64,000 bases of DNA from Laetmonice hystrix (lineage: Eukaryota). Made by a program: the position numbers and the translations under genes. Shown one piece after another: positions 38,901 to 53,310 of the stretch. Where the stretch lies: assembly GCA_965235115.1 (NCBI GenBank), contig OZ249436.1:30630001-30694000 (forward strand), written 5' to 3'. Positions within the stretch are counted from its first letter, which is position 1, and each line of letters starts with the position of its first letter. The notes beneath the pieces were generated by a model that saw nothing but the letters and a program-made list of their open reading frames with translations, was not told the DNA's origin and ran no database searches.

Positions 38901-41900
38901 TAACTTATTTCATATATTTACGTAGGACTAGGCCTACTTACTTTAGAAATATATTGTACAAATGAATATGGTGTTGATATGGTAGGCACGGATCCATGGG
39001 CGGCACATGGAGCACGTGCCCCCATTTCAGTTGGCCGAGCATAGTGTTTTAATTCAAAACCAGCGGCTTTATAATGTGACCATGTTACATTATTTGGCTC
39101 CTTGAATAAAATGATGTTCCTTTGGTTCAAATAACTTTGTTATTTCAAGCAAGAATATCGAGATTAGTTGTAATGAATGCCAACTCTTAAAAAGTCGGTG
39201 CCCCTCCCTTAACAAAATCCTGGATCCGTGCCTGTACGGTATAGACTCTATGGAATACGGAATGAATTGATTACTTTTAGGCTAATTGGAGGAAAAGTCA
39301 GAATTCTACTTAAAACCTTGTCACACTGTACGTATGCCTTGTCGCACAGATCGTATGCATACCTTATAAACACATTCAGGTATTAAGACTTGGTTTCTAA
39401 TACGACTGGTTATGAAGAATGTTGATTGCGAGTAGCACAAGGAGATGTCCTTTTGGAGCAGACGAACGGTGGGACTTCCGGCAACATTTCTAGAAACCAT
39501 TAACTGAAAAGAAAAACGAAAGGAAAGGGTATTACAATAACGGCCGGTCTTTGGTCGTTTCTAAAAGTGTGATGAAGTGTATAGCAGTTTGACTTTAGCT
39601 TCAACAATATCTAATTCAGAGTAGGAAGGTTTTCATGCATTTTTCTTTTATACGGCAGTTTGAACTGTAACAGTAAGCGGTGACTACGCTCACGGTGAAC
39701 CTTGGCCATGTGTTACATACACCCCGTCGATCCCGACCTTGATGATGGGGCTATTTATGTTTAAACCTGACAACGCACTCGCCCCACCCATCAGTGGGGT
39801 GGGGAGGGGGCTGAGTGGATGCAGACGGAATCGATGAAGGTGTAGCCATACATGGTAAGGGTTACCGCACTGATATAATCCTTTCTTCAGCTCAGGGCTA
39901 ATTATGTGAAGAAAGTTAACCTTTATAATGCATTTGCAGAACTACTGGCATAAGGTCTCTTGCTGTAATTTTAGGCCCAGACGTTAGGTGTTTCCCAATA
40001 GATATTAAGTGACATACTTTCCAGTGCACTCATCGTCCTTAATAACCCCTTATTGTAGTGGCTGGAATCATGCCCAGACAAAGCAAGCGGGGCGTGGACA
40101 GACCCCCGATTGCATGCATTAAAGGTATAACGGTTCGTTTGTACAAAGGAACCCCTCTTTGGACTGAACGGCTGGGTCACAAAAAAACCTTCTACCACTA
40201 ATGCTCAGGCCAGACACTCAATTCCTAATTGGAAATTAGACCCTTCGTAATTAGATACATTATCGAGGCAATGAAAAATCTAACTTTTCTTCATTCGTTC
40301 TATACTCTTTACAGTTTTAATACGAACATTCATCTCTGAATGTCTAGATGTGTTCCAAAACACTTGACCGGAATATGCAACATAAATTACCAACAAAATG
40401 TGCTATAAGATAGTCGTCTAATTTAAACTCGCTTCATTATACATTTGCAATTAGGACTTAGGTTTCTGGCCTCCCTGGAATGTTTTGTATATTGTTGAAA
40501 ATTGGACAATGCACTCATCGGCGCATGATAACGCCTTGAGAGGCGAGCCAAATGCACCGTGCGGCCTTGCGGTGGACTTGGCCCCGGCGGCCAGGGTGAC
40601 TGTGGCGTCCCTGACATAGGAAAGTATAAGAAAAGATGAAGAGCTCCCACTAAACAGGGTCCAAATCCGCTGCTGTTCACGGCAGCTGTGTCTTGCGGCG
40701 TCGGGTGACAAAATGCCAGACGGGTTGAAGGGCAGGTATAGGTATACATTATGGGGTTACACAAAGACCAAATCTGTCCATGCATGTAAGAATGAGGGGC
40801 AAAATGGTGTCGAGCAAGGTCGGAAAGTACAAGCATAGATTCTATATTTTTACAGCTACCCTCGCAAGGTACTTAACATAACAGAGACGCCATTTCTATA
40901 TCCTGTAACCAAAAGGAAATGTATAGGCCTAAAACAAGACTAGTATTTCTATCAATAAACACAGATTATAGTTGATGCAATCACGAAGTAAGTTCGACCA
41001 ACAACGAAAAGGTAAGCATATCCAAAAAGTGCAGTGGTAATAAAAGAATGAAAAAATGCCTGAAAGATTATTTGAATTCTTCTCTATCTGGCCATGAGAC
41101 AACATCGTGCATGTGACCATATCTAGGCCTAACTGTAAATGTACAACGGACGCAGGGGGCCATTGTATGCGTGGCTGGCGAAGCGAGGTGTACGACTCTT
41201 TAGGCTGTCGTAATCACAGGGAAACCAGGCACCCACTCGATGCAGACAGTGGTCTCTCTGCAAGTTTTATTTTGCACATTGGACTGTGCACAACATTGTA
41301 CATTGGACTGTGCACAACACCATACACACGGTGACCGTATACGGTGAACGGCAACCCTTGGGTTACAGAACCAATCTTCAACCTAGTTCTATAACAGTAC
41401 ATGCACTATAATGTGAAAGTATACATGCACTAATGTGGGCATGCCTATTCGTAACGCTTGATCTTTGATACCGAGCGTTTCCTCACGACGAACTAGTATA
41501 TATAATAGGCCAAAGGTATGGAATAATTAATGGCAGAATCCACTGGAGACTCTCCAAACATCCAACACAAGCTGACAAAACGTGTCTCTCTAACATGGCG
41601 GCAGACAATGCCGTGTACGAACAGCTTTGGAACCCGACCAGCCGAAGCGCCAGTCCTCGTTATCTGCACTGACGAAGCAGGTGGTGACCTCACCGGGCCA
41701 GAGTCCTAACTTCGTCTATACCCGTCTACTATATAACCATACAGTATTCTCTAGCGGAATGATAATGGGCCTACACAATACAAACAGACAACTACCCTTT
41801 GTCATTCATCCACTCTGGTACGTTCTTTAACCTATATGGTATAAATGACAGGTAATAATAATGATATAAATATGAAATCGTATAGGATACGGTGTTTGCC

Positions 41901-42607
41901 ATTTGACCATGTAGTGTATCTCCTACCAATTCAGCGGCATGTCCTGTCATTTGATAATGTGTTGTGATGTTCCAATGTGACACCATAGCGACCTTTGATC
42001 AATTATTGATACTGTCTGGCGGAGCGGGCGTGCCGCACCCCTCACCCCCTCACTCCGGAATCTAAACCCTGCAGTATGCACGAGACAATTGTGCACGTTC
42101 AACCTGCAAATAGTTCCAATCGATCGTTACAAAACGACTCTGCATGCCGACCTTAAATCCAACTCGAGGCATTCATGTGTCTTTTTAAAACAAACATGCC
42201 GGGCGTTCAAAGAGTGTAGAATTGTTCATTTGATACCGTGATTAAAATCATAACTGTTCATACAAACAAAAAACAACTTACCTGTGGGCAGGTTGTGTGA
42301 GCGTTTGCCGACACGTGTATCTTACCTGTGTTTGGTAGCAGACGCCTGCCCCATACCTGTCTGCATGGAGTATTGAGCTGTCTTTGATCTCCCGCGCTCG
42401 TCGCGTCTCCAAGCAGGGACAGCAGGCGTCAGAAGTCCTTCGACGACGTTAGTGCCAGGCTGAGACTTCCAGGCAATGTTAGCAATAGACGATGCAGCCG
42501 ATGACCCGTCCTTGTACTACTATAAGCGTCAGCTCGGCCGTCCTCGTGTTCTATCGTAGCATTGCCTTGAACACATTTGAAGGTGCCTGCTGCAGAGTCT
42601 AACCGCT

Positions 42608-42642
<35 letters not shown>

Positions 42643-43056
42643 CAGAGACAGAGACAGACAGAGAGACAGACAGACAGAGAGACAGAGAGAGGGTGACGGA
42701 ACTGGGCTGGCTGAACTGAGAGATGTGTTCCGGCAGACAGCGTCTGAAAACTGGTGGGCACCGGCTGTACTGTCACGGACCACGTGCCTCCTTGCAAGTT
42801 CCGAGTGGCAGTCCTTACTTCATGACGTCACAGCGACGCAAGTCGGCTAGATCGAGCTACCACAGTGGTGAGAAAGAAACAAAGAAGACGAACAATAGGG
42901 AAAAGAATCCATTAGTTGTGAACGTCTGTCTTCGACTGTATCCAAGCTGCCTTCGCTTCACCCGGCCCCAGATAGAATGATGCGTGATCCGTTCAGACTG
43001 CCGACAACGCGCTTTTTCTGTCGGCGTCGATTCAGAGAGTTGGCCTCCACCTCTCA

Positions 43057-43117
<61 letters not shown>

Positions 43118-44405
43118 ACAGCGGCAGTGGCGCTAGAGGCGTCATCAGATCCGTCTACAGGTAGCTGAGTATATTGATACCTCCAACCCTTCCCTATATA
43201 TGGCACCACCCCCGCTCAGCAATCCTACAGGCACATGTGCCCAACTTGTGGAGACCTTGTCTTTTATAGCTTACCGGATCTATCGCGTAGCCAACCGGTA
43301 AGGGAGGGTTATGGGCGGGGTTGGGGGTGGGTGGGTGGGCGGAGGAGAGGGGTAGGGGGAGAGGGTGGGGTGCTACTGCTAGTCAGTCATCTTTAGAAGC
43401 GGAGAACGGATGGCAGACACAGAGGCACGATGAGCGGACACTTATTCTATACCACAATATCACTAGGCCGAAAAAAACATCAAGTTTTTCATGATATCGC
43501 CGTTCAGCAAATTCTTGTGCAAATAGGGCCTACGTATTTTTTTGGGTACGCGAGTGTCTTCCTATACGCCTATTATTGCCCTTTTTGACAGTAACCTGTT
43601 GAAAAATTAGATCAAATTTGGTCAAACCACGCCTATATACTTTACAAATACATGTAAAAATAGTCACAATATAGGCCTATAACAGTATGTATACCTGCAT
43701 AATTAGACACACATAAGATATGTCACTGGAAAATAATAATATTTTCGGGAATGACAACAGGTTTGAAGCAATAAAATCGCATGATATTTAATATATTCCT
43801 ACATAAGAGACCTCAGGTTTGAAACAATAAAATCGCATGATATTTATAATATTCTTACATAAGAGACATCATTTCAGGTGCATCATGCATCGGACATTCC
43901 ATCCCCAGCTGTACAACATATAGACCGTAATACAATTTTTTTATTAACCGACATAATAATATTCTGCGAGGATCAAGACGACAGAGAGGACCATACCTGA
44001 CTACATAATAATTATGATACGTTTTGGGCTATGAACCGCAATTATTGCTTTGTCTCCTCGATGCCCGCCCAGCCTGGCCCTTCGCCCGGTGCTCGGCCGC
44101 CGGGCCGGTAGAGGCCGGTCTCCTCCGCCGGCCAGCTGAGGCTGCCAGTACGATCGATGATGGCACCAAGCGGGGGCCACCGTACCAACTATTTAGTGCA
44201 ATTCGTACCGATTGACACCAGTCTAGCCGATACAAAGGGTACATAGCTCTATGCGCTGCACCTGCCATCAGTCTGTGCCACCGAGAGGGGGGAAGGGCTT
44301 ACCAGGGGCCAAAACAGAATCCAGCATTTTTTATTACTATATTTCAACAACAAAACATTAATGGGAAGGGGGGGGGTTGATTTGGTTACAGGGTTCGTTC
44401 TTTAA

Positions 44406-44751
44406 AGGGAATAGAAAAGTTCAAACTATCAATATAAGGGTGTTCAGCATGAACAAGCTTGTTCTTACCTACAATTCTGTGATTATCTGATCTTTAACAA
44501 AGGAATAATCAACCGAAATGTAGAGACATTTTCCCGCTGGCTTCGTCCGTTTGTTTACCCTATTTGGCCCTTATCTCAATCTATTAATAGATATAGCTCC
44601 CGCTGTCTCGCGTGGGAAATAGCGAATGACCCGGGCGGTATTTTTAAAAAGTCGCCGTTGACAGTGTTCCACTTATCGGTGTGACCTTAGACACTTTATA
44701 TGGTGTTACTGGTGTTCAAAGGTACGTTAGTGAGGAATTTTTCTATTCCCT
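44406..44751. mobile_element. TTAA-flanked MITE
   Basis: TTAA|AGGGAATAGAAAA ... TTTTCTATTCCCT|TTAA; the same terminus (reversed) at ~6763-6803 is interrupted by the SINE. Confidence 0.75.
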
Positions 44752-47700
44752 TTAAAAACCCTACCAATTAAGGCCTATAGGCCTACTGCTCTATACCAAC
44801 ATCATGCTTTGTCATGCATGCATCGATATACAGGTTTACAGCGAACCCCATGGGGAAAACGTTCCAAAGTGGTTTCACATGTATGGGAAGGAATGCTAAT
44901 TTATTAAATCTACCTCCCCTGGACCTTCCAGCTAACCTTGACCTATACCTCAGGGATCCAACTTAGGACTAAACTACTTCTTCGGAACCAGTCGTACCGT
45001 TTTAACATAGAGAAACCAATGGAAATCTGTTTAAACTCTTCCTTTTATAATCAGTCAATATCTGCATGAAGCAATTTATACATAGTTATGAACTGTCCCT
45101 CGGTTATAAAAGAACACCGTAAAAATAAATTATGTGTCTGAGAAATAGATTTGATTTTTAAACTATATTGTTACACATTTTATCTATCGTCATTTTCAGC
45201 AAAACTTCTGCTTTGGCCGACTGATTTTGGCAAAAATATAATATTGTCGATCTTTGTCCTGACATTTTCCCATCAATGTAAAGAAATAATACTTACTTTT
45301 CTTTGTCCACTTTGAATTGAGTCGATCTTCTGGGACAATCCCTGACCTATATCCAAGATGGGCACATGAACAGCTATACGTGTGAGAAACGTCCCTGGTG
45401 AAGACAATGTATGTTGTTACCTGTCCGTATATTGTTGTCTTCTGGTTGGCATCGCGCCTCTCACATTCTATTCTGCTTGGGTTGTCCTTTTCACTGAATG
45501 CATGACGGGTCTATGATCAGGCTCTGTACTGATGGGAACTATACCGCTATACCTCTGGATTCGTTGTTGCTATGTTATTAGCTGATCTTGCCTAAGTACC
45601 ATTTTGCAGCTGGCATGTCAGTAATTTTGATATCGACTTCGCATATATAGGCTTTACAACTTACCCGGGTGTCGACATAGGCAGAATGATTTTGAACTGT
45701 ATTGACCTAACCCCCTCTGTGAAGGGACGGTGATGACAATAATAATAATATAATAATAATAATGACTATGAAGTTTATATATAAAGGGGTAAAATACTTT
45801 CCCTGGTAACTCGAATATACGATAAGAAACTATACGAGAAAAGAATGTTTGGCTCCTTTGTTATAAAACAGAACTGACGTAATGGTCACATGCAAATCAT
45901 GATTCAAAACATAAATCTATGTCCATTCAATATGTTGTTAAGTTGATCTTAATCTATGCTTTCATTCTCGTTACAATAGTTAATGTTTCACATGTCTAGA
46001 GGATATCTGAATTATTGTTAAAAAAAATAGTTTGGTCGGCCAAGAAGCTGTTAAATTGTACGGAGCCCTGTTAGGGACATGAATTGTGTGGTGATCTCGT
46101 AATTACCACTTAGTGACGTCATTAACTCGTTATTACGACTAAATGACAACAAGTCGTTATTAGGAGTTAATCGCGTTCATTTTAGAGAAAAAAAATTAGG
46201 GTGATCTCGTACTAACCACTTAGTGACGTCATTAACTCATTATTACGACTTAATGATAACGACTTAGTGACGTTTTTAACTCGTTATTACCACCTATTGA
46301 CGTCACTAATTCGTTATTACGAGTTATCATGTTTGAGAGCTGCTCGAATTATATCCAAATTTAAGCGATTTAAATCGTCATAATTCCGACACTTGACGTC
46401 CCATGATGCACTTCTTTATATGGAAATTTTGCCATATTGTCTACCTTCTGTCAAAGTTTTGTCCAGATATCTTGAACGATGACTGAGGAACAGGCTACGT
46501 CGTGTCGTTTGGTGTTTGGCCCCTTTCTACCAAAAGTCAAAGGTTAAAAGTGAAAGTTTAAAAAAAAAAGATTTACGTGTTCACTCTCGGGGGTATACTA
46601 TTGTACACTCCATTTTGTAATGCCGTTTACAAACTCCTTTTTTCAAATCTTGTCTGCTATATGGTACATTTAATTATCTCACGAAGTTCTGTTCAGATAC
46701 GTTCAAAATTGCATTTAAAAATAACTACTTCCTGTAACAGCTGTCCAACTTTGAGCAAATCGCTAAATCGTTACTACAACTTCTAAAACACTCTATTGGG
46801 AAGCTGTTCGTGAAATTATATCGAACTTCTATATTATTTTACTTCAGATTTTACATTTTATGCAAATTTTGACGTATGAACTTGTGTTATGGAAGGTCAA
46901 CGATCAGAGTTAAAAATTTTATGAAAATCTGTTATGGACCTATCCCTTAGTAGTTTGTCCTGTCCAAACTTCATCAATATATCTTTAAAACTGACTGAGA
47001 TATAGCCATTGTCTAACATATAAACGTACATGAATTCGTACAATTCCAGAATCCCATTCCCCTTGTCGGGGGAAATCGGACAATTAGCAACTAAATATTA
47101 GTCATCTTATCCTCTGACAAGACATCCCCAGCCTTCCGCCATGATGAAGTAACAAATAAATTACGTAAGGACATCCCCTCAATTTCTACCAGAATTCAGC
47201 CAAGATATTTATCGACTATCTGTTTACATTATCACTGTGAGGAATGAATTTCATGTGCATACTTCTCACACGTTTTCAAATAAGCCTTGTCATCCTTAAA
47301 CGATTACAGGGCTGCACCTTTGAAGGCTTACTCTGTAGACAATGTGTCGGCGAATATTCTGAGACAGGCACCGACTAATTCAATAATGAGAGCAGAGCGC
47401 TGCCAAGCGCCAGTCCCTGCCAAACTCCGCTTACTCGCCTGCTTGTGGCGCACGGCGACCCATACAACGAGACAAATAGACGGAACGGCTCGTTGGTCTC
47501 TTCTGACACGGCTCCAAAGTCCTCACGTATTCCAGGTATATAACAATTCCTCTAAGGTCAGCCGGGGCACGTTTTCATGGTGTTCCCAATGACCAACCTC
47601 CTGGACTAAACAGTCGTAAATTTTTGATCGACAACTACTTTTGTATTGGCAGCTATAGAGGAGCTGGCGACAGATTGCCCACACACTCCATTGGTGTTAG

Positions 47701-49216
47701 CAACATATACGGGTATAAAATACAGGTGTTGCTATGGTCATGGCCAGACCATAGCAAAGAGTACAGGTATGTCTCGTTGGGGTATTTGGTGGATAGTTCG
47801 ATAATCCACGTTATGTGCCAAATTAAAGCGCTGCATCGGCGCCCTCTGATGACACCAATCCGGTTCCATTTATGTAAAAGCCTCCAATGTTGATCCGAGG
47901 AGTTATAATACACATTTGGACCATCTAAAAGTACATTCTGGCCAGTGCCACGGGTCACAAGGGGTGCGGCTTAGTGCGCGTACTGCGTGACCGACGACAT
48001 TTATTATCGATAAAAATGGTAATGCATGACCCGCCATCAAGAAATCGGCAAGCAATACCTGGACGACGGTGAATGGTGGCAGAATAAATTAAAGGAGGAC
48101 TGGTCAACTGAAAGACGCAGCATGGGCATCGCGTTATGAATGCAATGTTACAGTATACTTCATTAAGCGATTCACGAATGGTCTTATGCATCAATGCACA
48201 AAGCCTTACATTGTTTTAAAGTAAATTTATGCCAATATTAAAAATTATTACATTAGTAAGCAGTTGAAAGGGAAAATAATGTAGATGGCAGCGTTTGCCT
48301 GCAAGGGCTGAAACTTACGTCCACCCGCCTTTTTATCCTCGTGAATTGAAATGAGTTCAAACGTCATCATTCCCGATTGATTCCAAGCTTCATATAATAT
48401 CTGAGATTACTATTGATGGCAACTGTAGCGGCCTTTTAAAGAGGGTTCAAGCGCATTTTATCGCCGATTTCCACAATTATAGGGGCCGCCCCACTTTGTC
48501 TATATAGGCATAAGGCAATAGACTTACACTCATGCTACCTTCTTCCTTATAAAATTACGAAAAGAAAAATATCTACTAATACAAACTTTGCGTCTTAACC
48601 CCATACATCTTTGAATCTAGAACCCGTTTCACTTCTGTCCTTAAGCTGGGGGGGGGGGGGCTACAGATATGACGTCATTGCAATACTACCGAACAGATGT
48701 CTACCGCGCGTTGCATACATTACTTACTATAGAAGTACTTTGTGTTTTCCTTGGTCAATATTAACCGGTGTTTGGACCATTACCTCGCCGCCAACTGAGC
48801 ACGGACCGTGCCGGCAGCAGACGGCAGGCCACGACTCACAGATTCAGGGCGTGGTCAATAGCATTAAATATGCACGACTAGAAGCATCAACTATACGACC
48901 ACTTAGTATACGCCAGACCAACAGCCGATTGGGGGTTACTAGGCTTTACCCGAACAGAAGTTACTGATTTTGTTTTCAAACCTAACTCTACTTTTTATTT
49001 TTACATCGTTTGTCTTCAAAAATTGGGTAGCAACGTGAATCGTAGGCCCATACAGGAGTTTTATTATTCCAACAACGAAATCCGTACATTTAATAGGTTC
49101 CAAAACAATGTATTATATTCCTTTCCTGAGAATACGGCTGCACATGACATTGTCAACGGCCTCTATCGAGTCAATGCCCTAGTTCTTCAACTTCACATTA
49201 CAACCAGAGGTTCCGA

Positions 49217-50101
49217 CTAATGGTTTTCTATTTGACGTTCGTTTTTTTTAATAAACGTTCCCAACACATCCAAGTACTCTTCTCTGTGCACGCGAAGGTG
49301 GCCAGCATGAGGTGAAGATGTCCAACACTTACTGGTCACATCATGCGTGCCTTCTTGGGACCAGCGACTAATCAAGTGTTCCATAGACTTTGGGTCACTC
49401 ATAGGATCGTCCAGTGAATAGAAAAACAACACTGGTCCTTTGACAGGGTTTGCATAGAAAGCCTCCACCGCTTCATCGTAAAACGCAACTGTTTTCCGTC
49501 TAGTCGCTGCAAAGAAGAGCGAAGCTGATGCGGTGATGAAGAACCGGAGAATTTGGTTGTCTGTGAAGGTAGCAGCGATCCCGGTGCCCGCACGGCCCAG
49601 GCCACCTATAACAATACTATCAAACACCTGCCCGCGGAACATTGGTAACAAATGTGACAACAACTTCTGATCCTTTTGAAGTTCCATCGTCAAGATCGTC
49701 CACAGGTATGCCCCAATTGACATTGCGTGTACAAAAAGCGCCCTGTCCTCGTGCTCCCTGAAGAAAGCCACGATATCCTGCGCGACAACCACGGCTTTCC
49801 GAGGACGAAGAAAGTGCTGCATCTCTCCCTGTATGGTCAGGACGTCCCAGCCTCGCCCATGGTAGAGGTCACAGTAATGCTCCACAGCCTTTGTTGGAGC
49901 CTTCAGCCAGGGGAAGAACAACACTAAAGGCGGCCGGACAAGATTGGTATGGCCAATCTCTGCTGAACGGTCCAAACTTCGAAGACACAACTGGTTTGAT
50001 ATTTTTTCATTAACCACCGGAAAACTTCTGGTTGAGGAGAAAGAACGCCAATAAAGGCCCTTGTGACATCTAAAGGCCCGTAACCGGCAAAACAACATCA
50101 T
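49217..50101 (-). CDS. TMEM53/DUF829-like alpha/beta-hydrolase-fold protein, ~294 aa, single coding exon
   Basis: PLVLFFPWL, FVHAMSIGA, RGQVFDS, PVLFFYSLDDPMS and W..SPHAGH motifs are typical of the family. The start is placed at ATG 50101 because a tttgcag acceptor sits at 50105; the ORF track extends to 50161. Confidence 0.8.
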   Translation of the reverse strand: MMLFCRLRAFRCHKGLYWRSFSSTRSFPVVNEKISNQLCLRSLDRSAEIGHTNLVRPPLVLFFPWLKAPTKAVEHYCDLYHGRGWDVLTIQGEMQHFLRPRKAVVVAQDIVAFFREHEDRALFVHAMSIGAYLWTILTMELQKDQKLLSHLLPMFRGQVFDSIVIGGLGRAGTGIAATFTDNQILRFFITASASLFFAATRRKTVAFYDEAVEAFYANPVKGPVLFFYSLDDPMSDPKSMEHLISRWSQEGTHDVTSKCWTSSPHAGHLRVHREEYLDVLGTFIKKNERQIENH

Positions 50102-52646
50102 TATCTGCAAAATGAAATTCATCGTGTAAATTATATCAGTAGATCTATATCTGGCAGACAAAGATTACGAAGAGCCCATGCTTGAGCGCCAAGTGCTGGC
50201 CAATTTCACAAGTAAAGTCTGACATAGGCCTATAGGCTAAGCTACTTTGACCTACTTCAGCAAACGTGGACCCGCCACACAGCTTAAATAAAGGAAATGT
50301 GTCATTCGCGGAATCGACCGAAACCTTCAGATTCATACTTACATCCTCACCACTGACGTAGGCCTACTTTATGTCACTGAATGTTTTTCATATTGATTCT
50401 ATTAACACATGCTATGAGTAGACAGCTATGAAATTCTCCCTGATGGTGGAAAAAGTACAAAAATTAGTAGAGTCAGTGCAGGCAAACATGATGACGCAAA
50501 TCTTTGAACGTTGTGTTGTGGTGTAGCGCAGACTCCCACTATCAGGCAAGCCGCCTTTTTCGGATATTTTTTTAATAATTTTGTTTTTAATAAAAAGGGT
50601 AGGCATGGGCATAGGCCTATTTTTAAACATTACATTCTGCCACAGACTGAAGTTAATTAGCTAGGCCTAATTAGGCTAGAGTTGACCTTCATAGCCGATC
50701 GCTCGAGGTGCCTTGTTACCCTTCATTTCATCTAGAGCCGAGGGGCCTTGGTAGCCTACTTCTTCGATAGGCTACCTGACAGAGTTGGCCTGTTCAGTCT
50801 GAGTATGATGAACCCTGATCATAATTATTAGGAGCCTATGGGGGGTTAAAGCAAAGACCGATGAATGATCATTCATACAGATCTTTGGTTAAAGTTAGGG
50901 GGTGCGCCTTGCCCCATCACGCTACGTATAGCCTATAATATAGTGCCGTAGGCGTAGTACTAGTAGTAGTGGGCTAGACTCTGCCCTATATGCCTAGGCC
51001 TAAATAGGCCTACTATAGTCACCATAATGGGCTACCGTTCAGCAGTAATTAGGCCTTAGGTAATTAGGCCAAGTTGGGGGTATTTTCTTAAATCTATTTT
51101 TCCCGCACAGGTCTGTGGCAGATTTTTTAGTGGCGTTGACTCTTGCTGCGGGTTCGTCCCCTCCAGCGGCAGTGGCCAAGCCGAGTGAAGCGCCCCCTGA
51201 CGGAACGTCGCGAGACTAACCGAACCACACTCCTTCCCATGACCCTCACCGAGAGGCTCATGGGAAGGAGTTTGTAACCGAACGGGAGCACCTGTCCACT
51301 AAGCTGTTTCCCGGCTCCCTCGATTGCTGGCTTTGTGGTCGACGCGACCCGTCCAGCACAGAGTCACCAACCGAGGGAGCCAGGAAACAGCTCACCCAAC
51401 TTGGTCAACCAACTCGGCAACACAGTCGGGTGACCGAGACGGGCTAATCTTTGGCGCGCGGCATAGCCATGCCCATAGGCTACAATTAGGGCCTATGTTG
51501 CGGTTAGTCAGCAGATATTAGGCCCAACATAACCCCTCATCATGCATGGGCAGTACAGGGGCATCACCTTGAAAACGTGCAAATGCCTCACCAAACTGTT
51601 GCAGTCACCATGTTGTTAGGTCTACTGTTGAGTGTCCCACGCAGCTTACAAGCCCTGGTATCTAGGCTCTGCTCCAACCGTGCTCTCGCATGGGGCGCCA
51701 CTGTCTATTTATAGCTTTTTGGCTCTACCAGAGAGTGTAGTATTACACTCTCCTCTACTTCCTGCTGTTCACTCAGTTCAGAGCGACATCTGACGGGTCG
51801 AAGATGTCGCACGGGGGGGGGGGGGGGGGGGGCTGAAGTGTGTTCCCCCCCCCCCACCCCACCCCCAACATTTGGGTATAGGCCTACCGGAGTTGGGAAT
51901 AATATTCACGCAATTTATAACAAACAATAATTTCATTATTATCACTATTTATAGGTAGGCTACATGGTCTACCTGTAGGGAAAACCCAAATTTAGGACGT
52001 ATTATAGCCTATTATAAAAGTATTACACTAGGCCTATTGCAGGCCTAGGCCTAATTTATTTCGGGTACCATTTATTATTAAGCATTCGCCACAACCTTCA
52101 GCCCCCCCCCCCCCCCCCCCCCAACCAAGAAGAGCTTCCTACGCCCCTGCTTAGATCTATTGTAGGCTAGCTAGGCCTACAACTTTTGGTGCTTATTGAA
52201 ACTGGGCCCAGGCCCTGGTTTTTAGTTCGTCATTTTACCAATCTTAAATTTTAAGACTGACTTGTTATGGTCTCTCATTGGCTGTCTTCATTTGAAGGAC
52301 CAATCAGAAGTTCTGAAACAAGAATTCAATCTTAAGATTTGAATCTTAAGACTCAGTTTCCAAACTAAAAACCGGGCCCAGGGGTCAAGTATATAACCAT
52401 GAGTGGGCCGGTTGTTGGTATCAAATATTTTAGAAGGCTGTGGTTTCCTTAACAGTCACACTATCCCATCAGTCTGCACATCATCTTGTAGGAAATTTTG
52501 CTCTCTCAAATATTAAGAGCGCAAGACCTCAAAAAGACTCGTAGAGTCTATAGCCTATAAATAATGTGTGAGGAATCGAAATGTTGTAGGAGCCATAATC
52601 ACCATGAATGGGCCGGGGGTCACCATGAGTGGACCAGGGTGATTAA

Positions 52647-52685
52647 TATTATTATTATTATTAGGCCTATTATTATTATTAGGCC

Positions 52686-52760
<75 letters not shown>

Positions 52761-52767
52761 CATTATA
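52647..52767. repeat. (ATT)n microsatellite
   Basis: Direct read; interrupted twice by AGGCCT. Confidence 0.95.
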
Positions 52768-53310
52768 TCTACATTATATTATTATAAATCTCAGTAAGCT
52801 ACCTATAGATCTATGCCTACAGATCTAGGCCCTACACGTGGCAGCACTGCCTACACTGATCATCCGTTTGAACAAGGGAACCCTACTTTTTGTTTTTCCT
52901 TGATGAGTTTTATTAGTGGCTGAAATAATGCTTTATACCAAGCATGGCAAATTTTTCCAGTAGGACGTTTCATATGGTGAGCACTAAATGAAAATTTCCA
53001 CACACCGAAAGTTACGTCACAAGTCACGTGGGAGAAACGGGTAACATTCTCTGGGAAAACATTTCGCGACACCGTAATTTTTGTTACTAACAAACTCGTC
53101 AGATGGCAGTATGAAACGTTTCGACATTAATTAATGATACCAGATGGAAGCACCCTCGAATATATATGTAATTTAGTAGCAGCAATGAACCCCTAAAAGT
53201 GGCTCACTCATGGTATAGATCTACCTTTTCCAAGTGGCCCACTCATGTCATGGTTACTCGACCCCATATAATATAGACTAGTCTGCGATCTCATCTGCTC
53301 ATGCAGAGAA

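Noticed and set aside
43758..43869. ~56-bp tandem duplication
   Set aside because: Simple two-copy local duplication with no further structure.
47300..47960. Coding-like stretch with ~100-aa ORFs, possible pseudogene
   Set aside because: No recognisable domain, stops in the frames I checked, and no supportable splice chain; needs a translated search.
52564..52797. Poly-Ile ORF, and the poly-Pro/Gly and LS/ER-repeat ORFs elsewhere
   Set aside because: Products of (ATT)n, poly-C/G and (CT)n tracts.
53095..53130. Hammerhead-like CTGACGA/GAAA on the minus strand (also ~56705)
   Set aside because: Stems I-III could not be formed.
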